64,000 nucleotides of DNA from an uncultured Maricaulis sp. (GCF_963975345.1 NZ_CAXBGE010000012.1:8210-72209), one strand, 5' to 3'; numbered from the stretch's first letter, positions 9,796-20,018 are shown. Made by a program: numbers and translations. Notes: generated by a model from the sequence alone, not told the origin.

Positions 9796-10959
9796 TCAGC
9801 TCTGATCAGTGGCTGTCGGCGGCGAAAACAGCTCGGCGCCCTGCTCGAGATAGATTGAGCTGGACGGGAAGGCGAAGCCGCTTCCGGCCTCCTCAACGAT
9901 CTGCTTGATCGTGAAGGCGAGATCTTCCTTCAGCGCCAGCCATTCGCCCCAATTGGTGGTCTTGGTGAAGCAATACAGCATGAAATCAATCGAGGACGGG
10001 CCGAAGCTGTCGACGCGCATGAAGGTCGAGACCTCGGGCGCCTGGGCATAATCGGGATGGGTGGTGACATAATCCAGCACGCGGTCGCGTATGGTCTTGA
10101 GCTGCTCGACCGTGGTGTCGTAGCGCACGCCGATAATCCAATAGGTGCGGCGATGGGACATGCGGGAAAAATTCGTCACCGCTTGGTCGGACAATTTTGA
10201 ATTGGGCACATAGACCGGCCCCTTGTCGAAGCGGCGCACCACGGTTGAGCGGAAATTGATCTCCTCGACCGTCCCTTCGACGACACCATCGACCTTGATC
10301 CAGTCGCCGGGCAGAAAGCGCTTCTCCGCCAGGATCAGGAGGCCGGCGATCAGATTTTTGAACAGGTCCTGCGCCCCCAATCCGACCGCGACGCCGAACA
10401 GGCCAAGTCCGGCAATAATGCCACCAACCGGGATATCCCAGATCTGCAGCACAGCCGCTGCGCCGATGATGATGAACAGGATCCGCATCGCCTTCGACAG
10501 CCAGTCGAGCATCACCGGGGTCAACGCATTTTCCAGCGCTCGCATCAAATGAATGACGGGATCGACGGCATTATGCAGAGTCCAGAAAATCCCGATCGCG
10601 ACCAGAGAGGGGATGATCCGGTCGGCCTCGGACAGGGCGGTGCCGCCGGTTCCGGCCTCAAGGATTTGAATTGCAAAGAAAAGCGAGACGATGATTGGCA
10701 AAAGCTTCATCGGCCCGGCGAGCGCTTCAATAACGGCATCATCGATGCCGTTTTTCGTCTTGAGCGCCATGCGCTTGAGCACGGCAAGGAGTGTCCTCGC
10801 GAGCACAGAGCGCAGTGTAATCCCGAGCAGGATGATGATCGTGGCGCTCACACCATGCCCAACGCTGACGCCAAGGAAGGAGGTCTGCCAGACCGTGACA
10901 GCCTGCGCCCATAATTCGCCGGACTGGGCGAGAAATCCGTTATCGGCCTGGATGATCAT
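9796..10959 (-). CDS. mechanosensitive ion channel family protein (MscS-like)
   Basis: GLGAQDLFKNLIAGLLILAEKRFLPGDWIKVDG..EGTVEEINFRST is the MscS pore-helix/beta-domain signature. The start at 10959 overlaps the prfC stop by 1 nt. Confidence 0.85.
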   Translation of the reverse strand: MIIQADNGFLAQSGELWAQAVTVWQTSFLGVSVGHGVSATIIILLGITLRSVLARTLLAVLKRMALKTKNGIDDAVIEALAGPMKLLPIIVSLFFAIQILEAGTGGTALSEADRIIPSLVAIGIFWTLHNAVDPVIHLMRALENALTPVMLDWLSKAMRILFIIIGAAAVLQIWDIPVGGIIAGLGLFGVAVGLGAQDLFKNLIAGLLILAEKRFLPGDWIKVDGVVEGTVEEINFRSTVVRRFDKGPVYVPNSKLSDQAVTNFSRMSHRRTYWIIGVRYDTTVEQLKTIRDRVLDYVTTHPDYAQAPEVSTFMRVDSFGPSSIDFMLYCFTKTTNWGEWLALKEDLAFTIKQIVEEAGSGFAFPSSSIYLEQGAELFSPPTATDQS

Positions 10960-12566
10960 CACGAAGCCCGCTCCCTGACGCGATGGAATTTCAGCTCGGG
11001 AAACTTCTCCTCCGAGTAAGAGACTTCCCAATTGCTCTTCGCCAAAAAGACCGGATTGCCGTCGATATCGACCGCCATGGCGGATTTGTGCCGGTCAGCG
11101 AAGGCTTCCAGTGCTTCTTCAGTGCCGCCCAGCCAGCGCGCGGTCTCATAGGGAGCCGCCTCGAAAGCGACCTCGAGCCCATATTCCGCCGCGACACGTT
11201 CACGCATCACGTCGATCTGCAGCGACCCGACCGCGCCGACGATAAAATCGCCGCCGAGTACAGGGCGGAACAGTTGGGTGACGCCCTCCTCAGCCAAGCT
11301 CTCGAGCGCTTTCTTGAGATGTTTCGCCTTGAGCGGATCGGCCAAACGGGCCCGGCGCAGGATTTCCGGCGCGAAATTCGGGATGCCGGAAAACCGCATC
11401 CGGCCACTCTCGGACAGGCTGTCGCCGACGCGCAATGTGCCGTGATTGGGAACGCCCATCACATCGCCGGCGAAGGCTTCATCGGCGATCTCGCGGTCCT
11501 GGGCGAAGAACAGGATCGGCGAGGAGACGGTCAGCTGTTTGCCGGCTTCCGTCTTCAACTTCATGCCGCGGCGGAACTTGCCCGAACACAGGCGTACGAA
11601 GGCGACGCGGTCGCGGTGATTGGCGTCCATATTCGCCTGCACCTTGAACACAAAGCCGGCAACTTCCTTGTCGCCGGGCTGGACGAAGGTCTGCTCGCCA
11701 TTGATCTGCACCTTCATCGGAGCGGGTCCGGGGATCTTGTCGGCCAGCCCGTCGAGCAATTCGCGCACGCCGAAGCCGCGCAGCGCCGAGCCGAAGAAAA
11801 CCGGTGTCATATGCCCTTCCAGAAAACTCTGCGGATTGAAGGCCGGGCAAAGTTCGCGCGCCACTTCAGCGCCATCTCGGGCCTCCTCGATTTCCGCCTC
11901 GGACAGGAGTTCCCGGATCTCGGGACCATCCAGCGCCAGACGTTCGGACGCCGCTTCGCGGTCATGCTCGACGCCGGGGCGCTGATACAGCACCAATTCA
12001 TCCGTGCTCAGATCGACCACGCCCTTGAAACGCTGGCCCGAACCGACGGGCCATTGCATTGGCACCGCATCGAGCGCCAGCTTGTCCTGGATGTCCTGCA
12101 GCAGATCGATCGGATCGAGCGCTTCGCGGTCCATCTTGTTGATCAGGGTGACGATCGGAATGTCGCGCAGGCGGCATACCTCGACCAGTTTCAGCGTGCG
12201 CGGCTCAACACCCTTGGCAGCATCGAGCACCATGATGGCGCTGTCGGCAGCGGTTAGCGTGCGATAGGTATCCTCGGAGAAATCTTCGTGGCCAGGCGTA
12301 TCGAGCAGATTGAACAACAGGCCGCGATGTTCAAACGTCATCACCGAAGCGGAGACGGAAATACCGCGCTCCTGTTCGATCTTCATCCAGTCCGAACGTG
12401 TGCGACGGTTCTCACCGCGCGCCCGCACCTGCCCGGCCATGCGGATCGCGCCAGCGGCCAACAGCATGGTCTCGGTCAGCGTGGTCTTGCCGGCATCGGG
12501 ATGTGAGATAATGGCGAAGCTGCGGCGACGCGCCCATTCCGGCGCATCAGTCGTCGGAGAAGTCAT
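10959..12566 (-). CDS. prfC: peptide chain release factor 3
   Basis: G1 motif AIISHPDAGKTTLTE, DTPGHEDF, NKMD. Length 535 aa. Confidence 0.95.
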   Translation of the reverse strand: MTSPTTDAPEWARRRSFAIISHPDAGKTTLTETMLLAAGAIRMAGQVRARGENRRTRSDWMKIEQERGISVSASVMTFEHRGLLFNLLDTPGHEDFSEDTYRTLTAADSAIMVLDAAKGVEPRTLKLVEVCRLRDIPIVTLINKMDREALDPIDLLQDIQDKLALDAVPMQWPVGSGQRFKGVVDLSTDELVLYQRPGVEHDREAASERLALDGPEIRELLSEAEIEEARDGAEVARELCPAFNPQSFLEGHMTPVFFGSALRGFGVRELLDGLADKIPGPAPMKVQINGEQTFVQPGDKEVAGFVFKVQANMDANHRDRVAFVRLCSGKFRRGMKLKTEAGKQLTVSSPILFFAQDREIADEAFAGDVMGVPNHGTLRVGDSLSESGRMRFSGIPNFAPEILRRARLADPLKAKHLKKALESLAEEGVTQLFRPVLGGDFIVGAVGSLQIDVMRERVAAEYGLEVAFEAAPYETARWLGGTEEALEAFADRHKSAMAVDIDGNPVFLAKSNWEVSYSEEKFPELKFHRVRERAS

Positions 12567-12606
12567 GAACTGGCCCGCTGAGGATGCAAGCCCCGAATTA
12601 GCGCGA

Positions 12607-13020
12607 TCAGTAGGCGCTGTGCAAGTTTTCCGTCACCCGGTTCCAGACTTCCTCATTGATCGTGCCCGGTTCCAGAACTCCCGCATTCTGGTGTTTCCAT
12701 AGATAGGTCAGAATGAGCAGCGGCACATTGGCGAATCTCAACCCGACATCGTCCGGGCCGTCAGCCCCGTCGGGACGCACCCCAAGCAGGGCGTTGGCAC
12801 CCGGCGCGCGGTAGGCGATCAGGGCGGCGAGGTGTTTGGTCCGGTCGGGCTTGTTGGTCGCCATCATGGGATCAACATACAGGGCTTCGCGCAGCAGCAA
12901 GGTCAGATGGCCGGTGGTCAGGGTCTCGAATTGGGCAGCAGGCAGCGGAATCGTGCCGTCCTTGAGGACAGAGACAATGTCTCCCAGGTCGAAAACGGCT
13001 TCGTTGAACAAGAACAACAT
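12607..13020 (-). CDS. hypothetical protein
   Basis: GC3-rich ORF. ATG at 13020 is preceded by a GGGGA-type RBS. No recognisable motif. Confidence 0.45.
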   Translation of the reverse strand: MLFLFNEAVFDLGDIVSVLKDGTIPLPAAQFETLTTGHLTLLLREALYVDPMMATNKPDRTKHLAALIAYRAPGANALLGVRPDGADGPDDVGLRFANVPLLILTYLWKHQNAGVLEPGTINEEVWNRVTENLHSAY

Positions 13021-13074
13021 CGAAGGTCCCCGCAAGTCTCCATAAACCCAATACCCCATCCTGGACGAGGGTCG

Positions 13075-13416
13075 TTAAGAATCCGCCACCGGTTCAGTTA
13101 AAAAGTTGCGCCCTTTCCGGTCTTCGATCTCGACAACCCAGATGTCAGGATCGCCATCGGCGCGGCGTCGGCAATAGGTATCGACCTCCGCCTCGGCGAC
13201 CCAATCATCGCGAAAGCGGGTCCAGATCCGGTCCCCATTTTCGTCCCGTGCCGGGACAAATAGAGCCGCCTGCCCCGTCAGGTTTGCGACCTTAAGCAGT
13301 ACGGCGCCCGCATCTTCGTCTCCATGGCGAATCACATAGGCGGACGCCAAGCCTATTTCAGCCCTGCGCAACAAGGCATCGACCCACAATTTCGTCTTCA
13401 ATTGAATCATTTTCAT
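13075..13416 (-). CDS. DUF1491 family protein
   Basis: LKTKLWVDALLRRAE...YVIRHGDEDAGAVLLKV matches the conserved alphaproteobacterial DUF1491 pattern. Confidence 0.6.
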   Translation of the reverse strand: MKMIQLKTKLWVDALLRRAEIGLASAYVIRHGDEDAGAVLLKVANLTGQAALFVPARDENGDRIWTRFRDDWVAEAEVDTYCRRRADGDPDIWVVEIEDRKGRNFLTEPVADS

Positions 13417-13434
13417 TGCTGGCCGCTGAATTGC

Positions 13435-13450
13435 TTAATAACCTGTTAAC
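13435..13450. promoter_or_regulatory. candidate CtrA-binding box TTAA-N7-TTAAC
   Basis: Exact TTAATAACCTGTTAAC in the 52-bp divergent intergenic region between the DUF1491 gene and the BcsB-like gene. Confidence 0.4.
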
Positions 13451-13468
13451 CGGGTGAGGGAGCGTTCC

Positions 13469-15154
13469 ATGTTAGTAAGAGTTGCGTTAGTTGCGATGGC
13501 ACTTTGTGCGTCGGCGACGGGTCAGGTGTGGGGTCAGGGGAATCAGGGCGATCCGTCTGACGCCATTGTGGACCAGAATGCTGCAGAAGCCAGCCGGATC
13601 GAGGAGCGCACGCTCGCCGATCTCGAAACCGGGATGGACGCCTTCGTCCTCTCGCCCAGCCAGGCTCGAACCCGCATCCGTTTTTACCTTCCGCCCAACA
13701 CCTACAGCCCGGAAGCCTGGCTCAAACTGGCCGCCCGGCCCGCCAGCGGTAGCTCCAGCGGTCGCATCCAGGTCTCGATCAATGGCGGCGAGGCCATCAT
13801 CATCCGGCCGCAGCCGCGTTCGCTGGAAGCCCGCTTTGCTCTTTTCTCCGCCGATATCCATCCCGGCGAAAATGTGTTGGAAGTCTCCTATAGTGCCGAT
13901 AGCGCCACGACAGGCTGGATCGTCGATGCCCGCCGGTCGCAATTGCGCCTGACGCTGGAGCAGGACAGCCCGATCGCCACGCTCGACGAGCTGGAACTCG
14001 CGCTCGCCGCCGATTTTGCTGCGCCGCGCCGCATCGCCCTGATCACCGATATCAGCCGCGAGCGGGCAACGCTGGAAAGCCTGGTGGCGCAGGGCGTCGC
14101 CCTGAGAGCCGGCAGCGTACCGCTGTTCGGTGGCGATGAAGCCAATGCCGATCTGGTGATCCGGATGGCCGATAATGACCGCCTCAGCGCCAGCGACCGC
14201 GCCATATTGCGTTCCGGAGATCGCAGCCAAGGGCCGGAAATCGCCTATGTCACTGGCGATATCCCACGCTTGATCATCACCGGCCGCAATATCGATGAGA
14301 CCGCCGCCGCCGCCCGCCTGTTCGCCGCGCGCTCGTTTGAAGGTTATGGCCACAGCTTCGTCGCCGCCGACGCGATTACCGCCCAGCGTCTGGGCCGGGC
14401 CCAGGTCCGCGATGCGCGCCTGCTCAGCGGCAATGCCGATTTGCGAACCTTTGCCGCTTCCGGCCTCCCCTTTAGCGCCGACCAGGGCTCGCGCACTGCC
14501 GTACAATTCACCACCCGCACCCAGGCCGACCGCTATGGCGCCCTCTCCGTGCTCGCGCGCGGCGCGCTCGTCAGCGGCGATGCCTGGCTTTATGCTTGGT
14601 ATGGCGAAGCCCATGATCAGGCCCCGGCCAATCATAATCTGCTTATCATCGGACCGGGCAGCACCAGTATTGCTGCGCTCAACCGCAATGCGCCGGCCGA
14701 ATTTAGCGCCGCCATGCGCGCCGCCGAACGCAATCGCGGCCAACGCGGACTGATGCGTCTGGCCGCCGCTGCCTATGCCGAGGACGGCAACCAGCCCGCT
14801 GCTCCGAGTGCAGAAGACGGTGCCGGTATCGGCGTTGCCTCGCTATTCCGCGACCCCGACCAGCCAGGCCGCTGGATTGGCGCCCTGACCTCGCCGAACA
14901 TGGCCTCGTTCGAATTGGCCAGCCGCAGCTTGGCCCGCTCTGACCTCTGGCGTGCGCTGGAAGGCCGCGCGGCGGTCTGGAGTGTTCGCGGCGTCACGGC
15001 ACTGGACTACAGCGTCTCTGCCCCCAGCCTGCGCGAGCGCGGTCAGGAATTCGCCCTCGACCACACCCGCGATGCCGCCTTCATGCTGTTCGGCATCGCT
15101 TTCATCATGTTGATCCGTGGCATCTGGCGCCGCCGTCGCGTTCACGCGTCGTAA
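13469..15154 (+). CDS. secreted protein with C-terminal TM anchor, BcsB-like (tentative)
   Basis: Signal peptide MLVRVALVAMALCASATG. The segment RIQVSINGGEAIIIRP...FSADIHPGENVLEVSY recalls the BcsB carbohydrate-binding domain. C-terminal helix AAFMLFGIAFIMLIRGIWRRRR. RBS GAGGGAG lies upstream of ATG 13469. Confidence 0.4.
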   Translation: MLVRVALVAMALCASATGQVWGQGNQGDPSDAIVDQNAAEASRIEERTLADLETGMDAFVLSPSQARTRIRFYLPPNTYSPEAWLKLAARPASGSSSGRIQVSINGGEAIIIRPQPRSLEARFALFSADIHPGENVLEVSYSADSATTGWIVDARRSQLRLTLEQDSPIATLDELELALAADFAAPRRIALITDISRERATLESLVAQGVALRAGSVPLFGGDEANADLVIRMADNDRLSASDRAILRSGDRSQGPEIAYVTGDIPRLIITGRNIDETAAAARLFAARSFEGYGHSFVAADAITAQRLGRAQVRDARLLSGNADLRTFAASGLPFSADQGSRTAVQFTTRTQADRYGALSVLARGALVSGDAWLYAWYGEAHDQAPANHNLLIIGPGSTSIAALNRNAPAEFSAAMRAAERNRGQRGLMRLAAAAYAEDGNQPAAPSAEDGAGIGVASLFRDPDQPGRWIGALTSPNMASFELASRSLARSDLWRALEGRAAVWSVRGVTALDYSVSAPSLRERGQEFALDHTRDAAFMLFGIAFIMLIRGIWRRRRVHAS

Positions 15155-15200
15155 AACTTGCCGTGCTAGCCTCATATCCTCTGAAGATCGGGGAATTGAG

Positions 15201-16103
15201 ATGCGTCGTGCCATCCAGGCCATGGCCATGGGCCTGTTTGCCCTTGCCGGAAATGCCCAAGCCCAGAATGCCGATCTGATCTTCGGTGAACGCACGGCAG
15301 CGCTGGCGATGGACCAGCATTGCGCCCTGTTCACCGACCGCCAGCGCGCCGCCCTCGAAGCCGCAAGACTGCAAGCGCGCGGGGCGCTACTGCGCAGCGG
15401 TATCAGCCCGGCCCAACTGCAAGCCTATGGCGATGAGTTTGCCAATGATGCCGGCGCCCGCGCCTGCGATGCCGAAGAGACACTGGCAATGCGCGCCCGC
15501 GTCCTGACCGCCTTTGAAGGCTATTTGCGCGTTCCCAACATGGCCTTTCCGGGCGAGACCTACTCCTGGACCGCCGACCGACAGATCATCACCGACGAGC
15601 CAGTCTGGGCTCTGCTCGAAGATACGGGCCGTATCCGCACCGGGATCAGCTCGGTCGATGGCGAACTCCGCTTCACCGTCGCCCTGCCGCGCGGCGGCAA
15701 CTATATCTCCGCAATCCTGGTGATGCGTGACATCGCGCGCGCACCAAGGCTGTACGATCCGACCATGGGCGGCATGTTTGCCGGTCCCGCCAACGCATCA
15801 TGGGCCCGCTGGACGCCACCTGACTATGCGCGCAAGCTTGTCTGGGCCAGCGATCAGATGAACGGACCAGCGGCAGACGCCCTCGCCGGCGTGGCACAAG
15901 GCCATGTGTTCCGTTTTCCGGTTTCTGTCGTGCAGCAGCTGGCTGCGCTCGACCCGCGCGAAACGGCGCATATCGATTTGATGGACCGCAATGGCGAGCG
16001 CATTGCTTCCGAATATTTCGAGATTGGTGATTTTGCCGCGGCGATCGCATTCCTGCGCGCGGCAATCCCGGACGATTCCGAGATTGATCTGCCGGAGAGC
16101 TGA
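15201..16103 (+). CDS. secreted hypothetical protein
   Basis: Signal peptide MRRAIQAMAMGLFALAGNAQAQ. GC3-rich ORF. Confidence 0.55.
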   Translation: MRRAIQAMAMGLFALAGNAQAQNADLIFGERTAALAMDQHCALFTDRQRAALEAARLQARGALLRSGISPAQLQAYGDEFANDAGARACDAEETLAMRARVLTAFEGYLRVPNMAFPGETYSWTADRQIITDEPVWALLEDTGRIRTGISSVDGELRFTVALPRGGNYISAILVMRDIARAPRLYDPTMGGMFAGPANASWARWTPPDYARKLVWASDQMNGPAADALAGVAQGHVFRFPVSVVQQLAALDPRETAHIDLMDRNGERIASEYFEIGDFAAAIAFLRAAIPDDSEIDLPES

Positions 16104-16114
16104 GGCGTCGCGCC

Positions 16115-17845
16115 TCAGGCCGCGCCGGCAGCCAGCGACTGGGAGGCTTCCTGAGCGCGTTCGATTTGCTGGTGCACATCGAGCCGTCGCAGCGTGTCGA
16201 CCTGGCCCCGGGCCTGTTCCAGCACGGGCAACGTCACGGTGATCGTGGTGCCGACGCCCTTGGCACTGGCAATCGACATTGTGCCCCCATGCAGCCCCGC
16301 CAAGGCCCTCACCAGCGACAGACCGAGCCCGGTGCCGCGATTATCAACTTCGCGCGCGCTGGCAGCCTGGCGATAGGGTTGGCCCAACCGTGCGGCTTCC
16401 TGCGGATCGATGCCGATACCGCTATCGCCGACGGCGAGGACCAGATCCGGACCGGAGACCCGCACCATCACAACGACGGCGCCGCCCTCTGGCGTGAATT
16501 TGACGGCATTCGAGAGCAGGTTGAGCATGATCTGGCGCAAGGCCTTGCGGTCCGCATTGACCAGGATCGGTTGGTCACCTGGTTCGACCGTCAGGCTCAG
16601 GCCGGCTTCCTCGGCCTGCAGCCGCATCATCTTGACGCTGAGCCCGACCACTTCGGAAATATCAAAACTCTCGCGCGACAGATCATAGCTGTCGGCCTCG
16701 ATCTTCGACATGTCGAGCACGTCGCCGATCAATTCCATCAAATGCTGGCCGCTCTCATGGATCAGATCGGCATATTCGGCATAACGCGCCGGCATCGGAC
16801 CAAACAGGCGCGCCTTCATGACATCGGAAAAACCGATGATCGCATTGAGCGGGGTGCGCAATTCATGACTGACCGAAGCGAGGAATTGCGATTTGGCCCG
16901 CGCTTCCTCGAGTGCGCCAGCGCGCGCTTCTTCGGCCTCACGCAGCGCGTCCTCGGTCTCGACGGTGCGATCCCGGGCGATCACTGACACTGAGCCGCCC
17001 GTGATCGGACGCGCATCCAGACGGACCCGTTCGGCAATGCCGCGCTCACCACGCACGCTCAATAATTCGCTCAGCGGCCGGGCGGCGGCACGTTTGGCGG
17101 CATGCAACAGCTCGGCGCGATCCTCGTCTTCAAAGCCCAGATCGGCCAATGGCAGATTACCCAGGTCACGCGGCAGGCCGGGCGAGAGCTCGCGAACGCC
17201 TTGCGAGACGGCCAGAATATTGCCCTCGCCATCGCACGCCAGCAGCGCCGCCGGGGCCGCATCGAAAGCACGGCTGCGGACACGGCCATGTTCGGCCTCG
17301 CGGCTCGCCAGATCATTGGCGCGGATCGAACGGATCGCGGCGCAGGCAAATCCGTAGGCGATCACGAGCACTGTACCGAGCACGAAGGGAAGATGATAAT
17401 CCACCGCCGCTGGCTGTGGCTGGATAAAATCGGTGAGCTGCAGGCCCGCAATGGTCAGAGCGGCAAGCCCGGACATCGCACCAGCCTTCACGATGGCCTC
17501 GCGATCACCGTTGGCCGCAGCCATCGCCGGCGCGAGCAGGAAGGCCAGCACGCCCATACCGGTCACACCGCCACCAGAAACCGCAACTGCCGCTGCGAGC
17601 GAAGTCCACAGCATCGCCAACACGAAGCGTTCGAACGCGCGATCGAGCCTCGGCTTGAGCACCAGACCGGCAATCGCCGGAAAGGCGACGGCCAGCAGGC
17701 CCGCGCTTTTGAGCCAGAGTGGACCGTCCAGGATGGGCCACAGCACAGGGACGGCGGCAGCGACCGTGCCAATCCAGATCAGATTGGCGACAGGGCTGGC
17801 CCGATGGGCGATCCAAGCAGCAATATCTCGTTTTGGCGTTTGCAT
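16115..17845 (-). CDS. membrane sensor histidine kinase
   Basis: Multi-TM N-terminus. H-box FLASVSHELRTPLNAIIGFS. N-box LLSNAVKFT. G-boxes DSGIGI and GTGLGLS. Confidence 0.9.
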   Translation of the reverse strand: MQTPKRDIAAWIAHRASPVANLIWIGTVAAAVPVLWPILDGPLWLKSAGLLAVAFPAIAGLVLKPRLDRAFERFVLAMLWTSLAAAVAVSGGGVTGMGVLAFLLAPAMAAANGDREAIVKAGAMSGLAALTIAGLQLTDFIQPQPAAVDYHLPFVLGTVLVIAYGFACAAIRSIRANDLASREAEHGRVRSRAFDAAPAALLACDGEGNILAVSQGVRELSPGLPRDLGNLPLADLGFEDEDRAELLHAAKRAAARPLSELLSVRGERGIAERVRLDARPITGGSVSVIARDRTVETEDALREAEEARAGALEEARAKSQFLASVSHELRTPLNAIIGFSDVMKARLFGPMPARYAEYADLIHESGQHLMELIGDVLDMSKIEADSYDLSRESFDISEVVGLSVKMMRLQAEEAGLSLTVEPGDQPILVNADRKALRQIMLNLLSNAVKFTPEGGAVVVMVRVSGPDLVLAVGDSGIGIDPQEAARLGQPYRQAASAREVDNRGTGLGLSLVRALAGLHGGTMSIASAKGVGTTITVTLPVLEQARGQVDTLRRLDVHQQIERAQEASQSLAAGAA

Positions 17846-18041
17846 ATTTTCCCGTTGCGACTCAGCGCAAACCTCATCTCGCAATCTTTGCCTCGGATGT
17901 TAACAAATACTGAATCTTAAACTTTTGTCATTTACGCTTTCGGCTTGGAAAGTCTGCCGCCAATCGATGTATTTCTCCGCTTGGAGACGGGTCACGTCCG
18001 GGGCACACTACCCGTTCACAGGGTTACGGAGGCAAAACCCG

Positions 18042-19067
18042 ATGTTGATATCCATTCTTGCTGCGCTGGCATTAACGACGACGCTCGGCAGTGACGATCA
18101 GGATGTGGCGGCAGACCAGCCCCCGGTCTTGCAGCTCGAGGCCATTGATGTAGCGCCTGCTGACCCGCTCCGCAGCACCGCCGGCGACTACGCCGCCTAT
18201 CATGGTGTAGTCGCCGACCTGCGCTCGGCTCCGATCGGGTCCGGCGAAGACCTTGATTCCGCGATGGACCGCTTGACGGCCTTCTATGTCCACGACCGGC
18301 TGGTGAGGGCCTGGATCGCCTATACGTCACTGATTGCCGCCCAGCATCCCGAATATCTCGACGATGTCCGTGAACTGGCCGATTATTACGGGGCGCAGGC
18401 GGCAATGTCCGGCCTGCTCTACGACCCGACCTATGCGATCAGTTTTACCCACGCCGACACCGCCGAGGCTTCAGTGGTCGATGCGCTCGAGCGCGACAGC
18501 GCTGAAATCCGTGAAGTCAGCGATCGCTACCGCGCCGCCGCCTATGATCTGCAATCGACCCGCTGGGCCCTGGCGCGGTCCGGGGATCGCACCGACCGGC
18601 TCTCGGCGCTACAACATGCCGGTTCCGGCCCGAGCGTGCCCCTGAGCGACGACTTCCTGCTCTCACTCGATTCCCGGCTGCAGGGCGTCGTGCCCGCCTC
18701 AGCACTTTATGATCACCCCGAGATCGCACGCATCGGTGCTTACACCACGCCGCAATTATCCCTCACGATTGGCCAAGCCGCGATCGATCCCGACCGCGAC
18801 CGCATCGGGCGCATTCTTTCGGTCGCCGCCCTGCAGGCCATCTCCAATGATCCGAGCCAATCGACCGAGCTGATTGACGCCCTGCTCTCCGATCCCGTCG
18901 TGGAGCGTTGCCTGACCTGGGCCCGTCTCGATCTGCAGCAATGCGTCGCGGCCGGTCATTTCAAATATGAGGACAGCTTCTGTATCGCTGAACATGCTCT
19001 GCTCGATGTCAGCCGTTGCCTTGGCGTCACGGCAGCAACAGGAACGGATTCGGGCGATGGCGGTTAG
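18042..19067 (+). CDS. secreted hypothetical protein
   Basis: ATG 18042 is preceded by ACGGAGG. Signal-like MLISILAALALTTTLG. Confidence 0.5.
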   Translation: MLISILAALALTTTLGSDDQDVAADQPPVLQLEAIDVAPADPLRSTAGDYAAYHGVVADLRSAPIGSGEDLDSAMDRLTAFYVHDRLVRAWIAYTSLIAAQHPEYLDDVRELADYYGAQAAMSGLLYDPTYAISFTHADTAEASVVDALERDSAEIREVSDRYRAAAYDLQSTRWALARSGDRTDRLSALQHAGSGPSVPLSDDFLLSLDSRLQGVVPASALYDHPEIARIGAYTTPQLSLTIGQAAIDPDRDRIGRILSVAALQAISNDPSQSTELIDALLSDPVVERCLTWARLDLQQCVAAGHFKYEDSFCIAEHALLDVSRCLGVTAATGTDSGDGG

Positions 19068-19254
19068 CGGGCTTCAAACCTTAATGAAAAGTGTATCGAT
19101 CAGGGACAAGTTCAAATTTTAAACAAAAACCCTGCTCCAGTTTTGCACGCCGTTTCCGCTAATGTCCGGAATCGCGTGCAATAGCTGAAAACCTGACCTA
19201 GCCTCAATCCTGCAACTGATGTCGGTACGCCCCGACGGAAGTCAGGTGTGAGGT

Positions 19255-19530
19255 GTGTTGATGATGTTCTTTTTACGAGCTGCGTTCTGGCTGGCGATTG
19301 TGTCGGTCTTCGTCCCGCAAGATTTTGCGGGCGACGCCCTGAATATGCACTTCGATACCAATAATGCGCGGCAGATTGACGCCAACCTGGCCGTCGATGA
19401 CTGGTGCGTCGAGCGTACAGCTCTGTGTGAAACCGGAGCCGAAGCAGTGCATTTCGGTGGGCTGATTGCTGAATTCGCGATGGTGAAGATCGGCTCGGCC
19501 ATCGAGCAACACCAAGCCGAGAACTCCTGA
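19255..19530 (+). CDS. small membrane protein (hypothetical)
   Basis: N-terminal TM segment FFLRAAFWLAIVSVFV. Lies immediately upstream of sufE. Confidence 0.4.
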   Translation: MLMMFFLRAAFWLAIVSVFVPQDFAGDALNMHFDTNNARQIDANLAVDDWCVERTALCETGAEAVHFGGLIAEFAMVKIGSAIEQHQAENS

Positions 19531-19589
19531 GCCTGACGGTCAGACGACCGCATCTACACCTTGATCGATTCCGCAGCGCGCCTTAACTC

Positions 19590-20018
19590 GTGCCTGTGAT
19601 GACCCAGACCCCCATTCAAGCTGAAATCGAAGATCTGGTCGAAGAGTTCGACCTGCTGGACGATTGGGAACAGCGCTATCGCTATCTGATCGATATGGGC
19701 AAGGCCTTGCCGCCTTTGCCCGAGGCCGACCGCAACGAGGCGACCCGTGTCCAGGGCTGCGTCAGCCAGGTCTGGCTGGTGGTCGAACCGGGCGAGGATG
19801 ACCGCCTGATTTTTCACGCCGATAGTGATGCCCACATCGTGCGCGGCCTCGCTGCCCTGTTGTTGCGGCTCTATTCCGACCGTAGCCGCGAGGATATTCT
19901 CTCGGTCGATGCGCGTGATGTGCTTGGCCGGATTGGCCTGTCAGAGCATCTTTCACCACAGCGCTCCAACGGGCTGACCTCGATGATCGGTCGGATCCGC
20001 GGCGCGGCAGGCGTCTAA
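19590..20018 (+). CDS. sufE: SufE-like cysteine desulfuration protein
   Basis: VQGCVSQVWL active-site Cys motif. Length about 140 aa. C-terminal RSNGL. Confidence 0.85.
   Translation: MPVMTQTPIQAEIEDLVEEFDLLDDWEQRYRYLIDMGKALPPLPEADRNEATRVQGCVSQVWLVVEPGEDDRLIFHADSDAHIVRGLAALLLRLYSDRSREDILSVDARDVLGRIGLSEHLSPQRSNGLTSMIGRIRGAAGV

Noticed and set aside
10983-12257. 424-aa ORF on the plus strand
   Set aside because: It is entirely antisense to prfC, whose product has unmistakable GTPase motifs. This is a typical shadow ORF in GC-rich DNA, with an Arg/Gly/Ala-rich low-complexity translation.
13487-14743. 418-aa ORF on the minus strand
   Set aside because: It is antisense to the signal-peptide/TM-anchored 561-aa ORF, which has the better start context (GAGGGAG RBS) and GC3 pattern. 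I treat it as a shadow ORF.
16166-16987. 273-aa plus-strand ORF
   Set aside because: It is antisense to the histidine kinase catalytic region, which has clear H, N and G boxes.
17896-17925. TTAAC…TTAAAC near the histidine kinase divergent promoter as a CtrA site
   Set aside because: The half-site spacing is 12 nt, not 7, so it does not fit TTAA-N7-TTAA.
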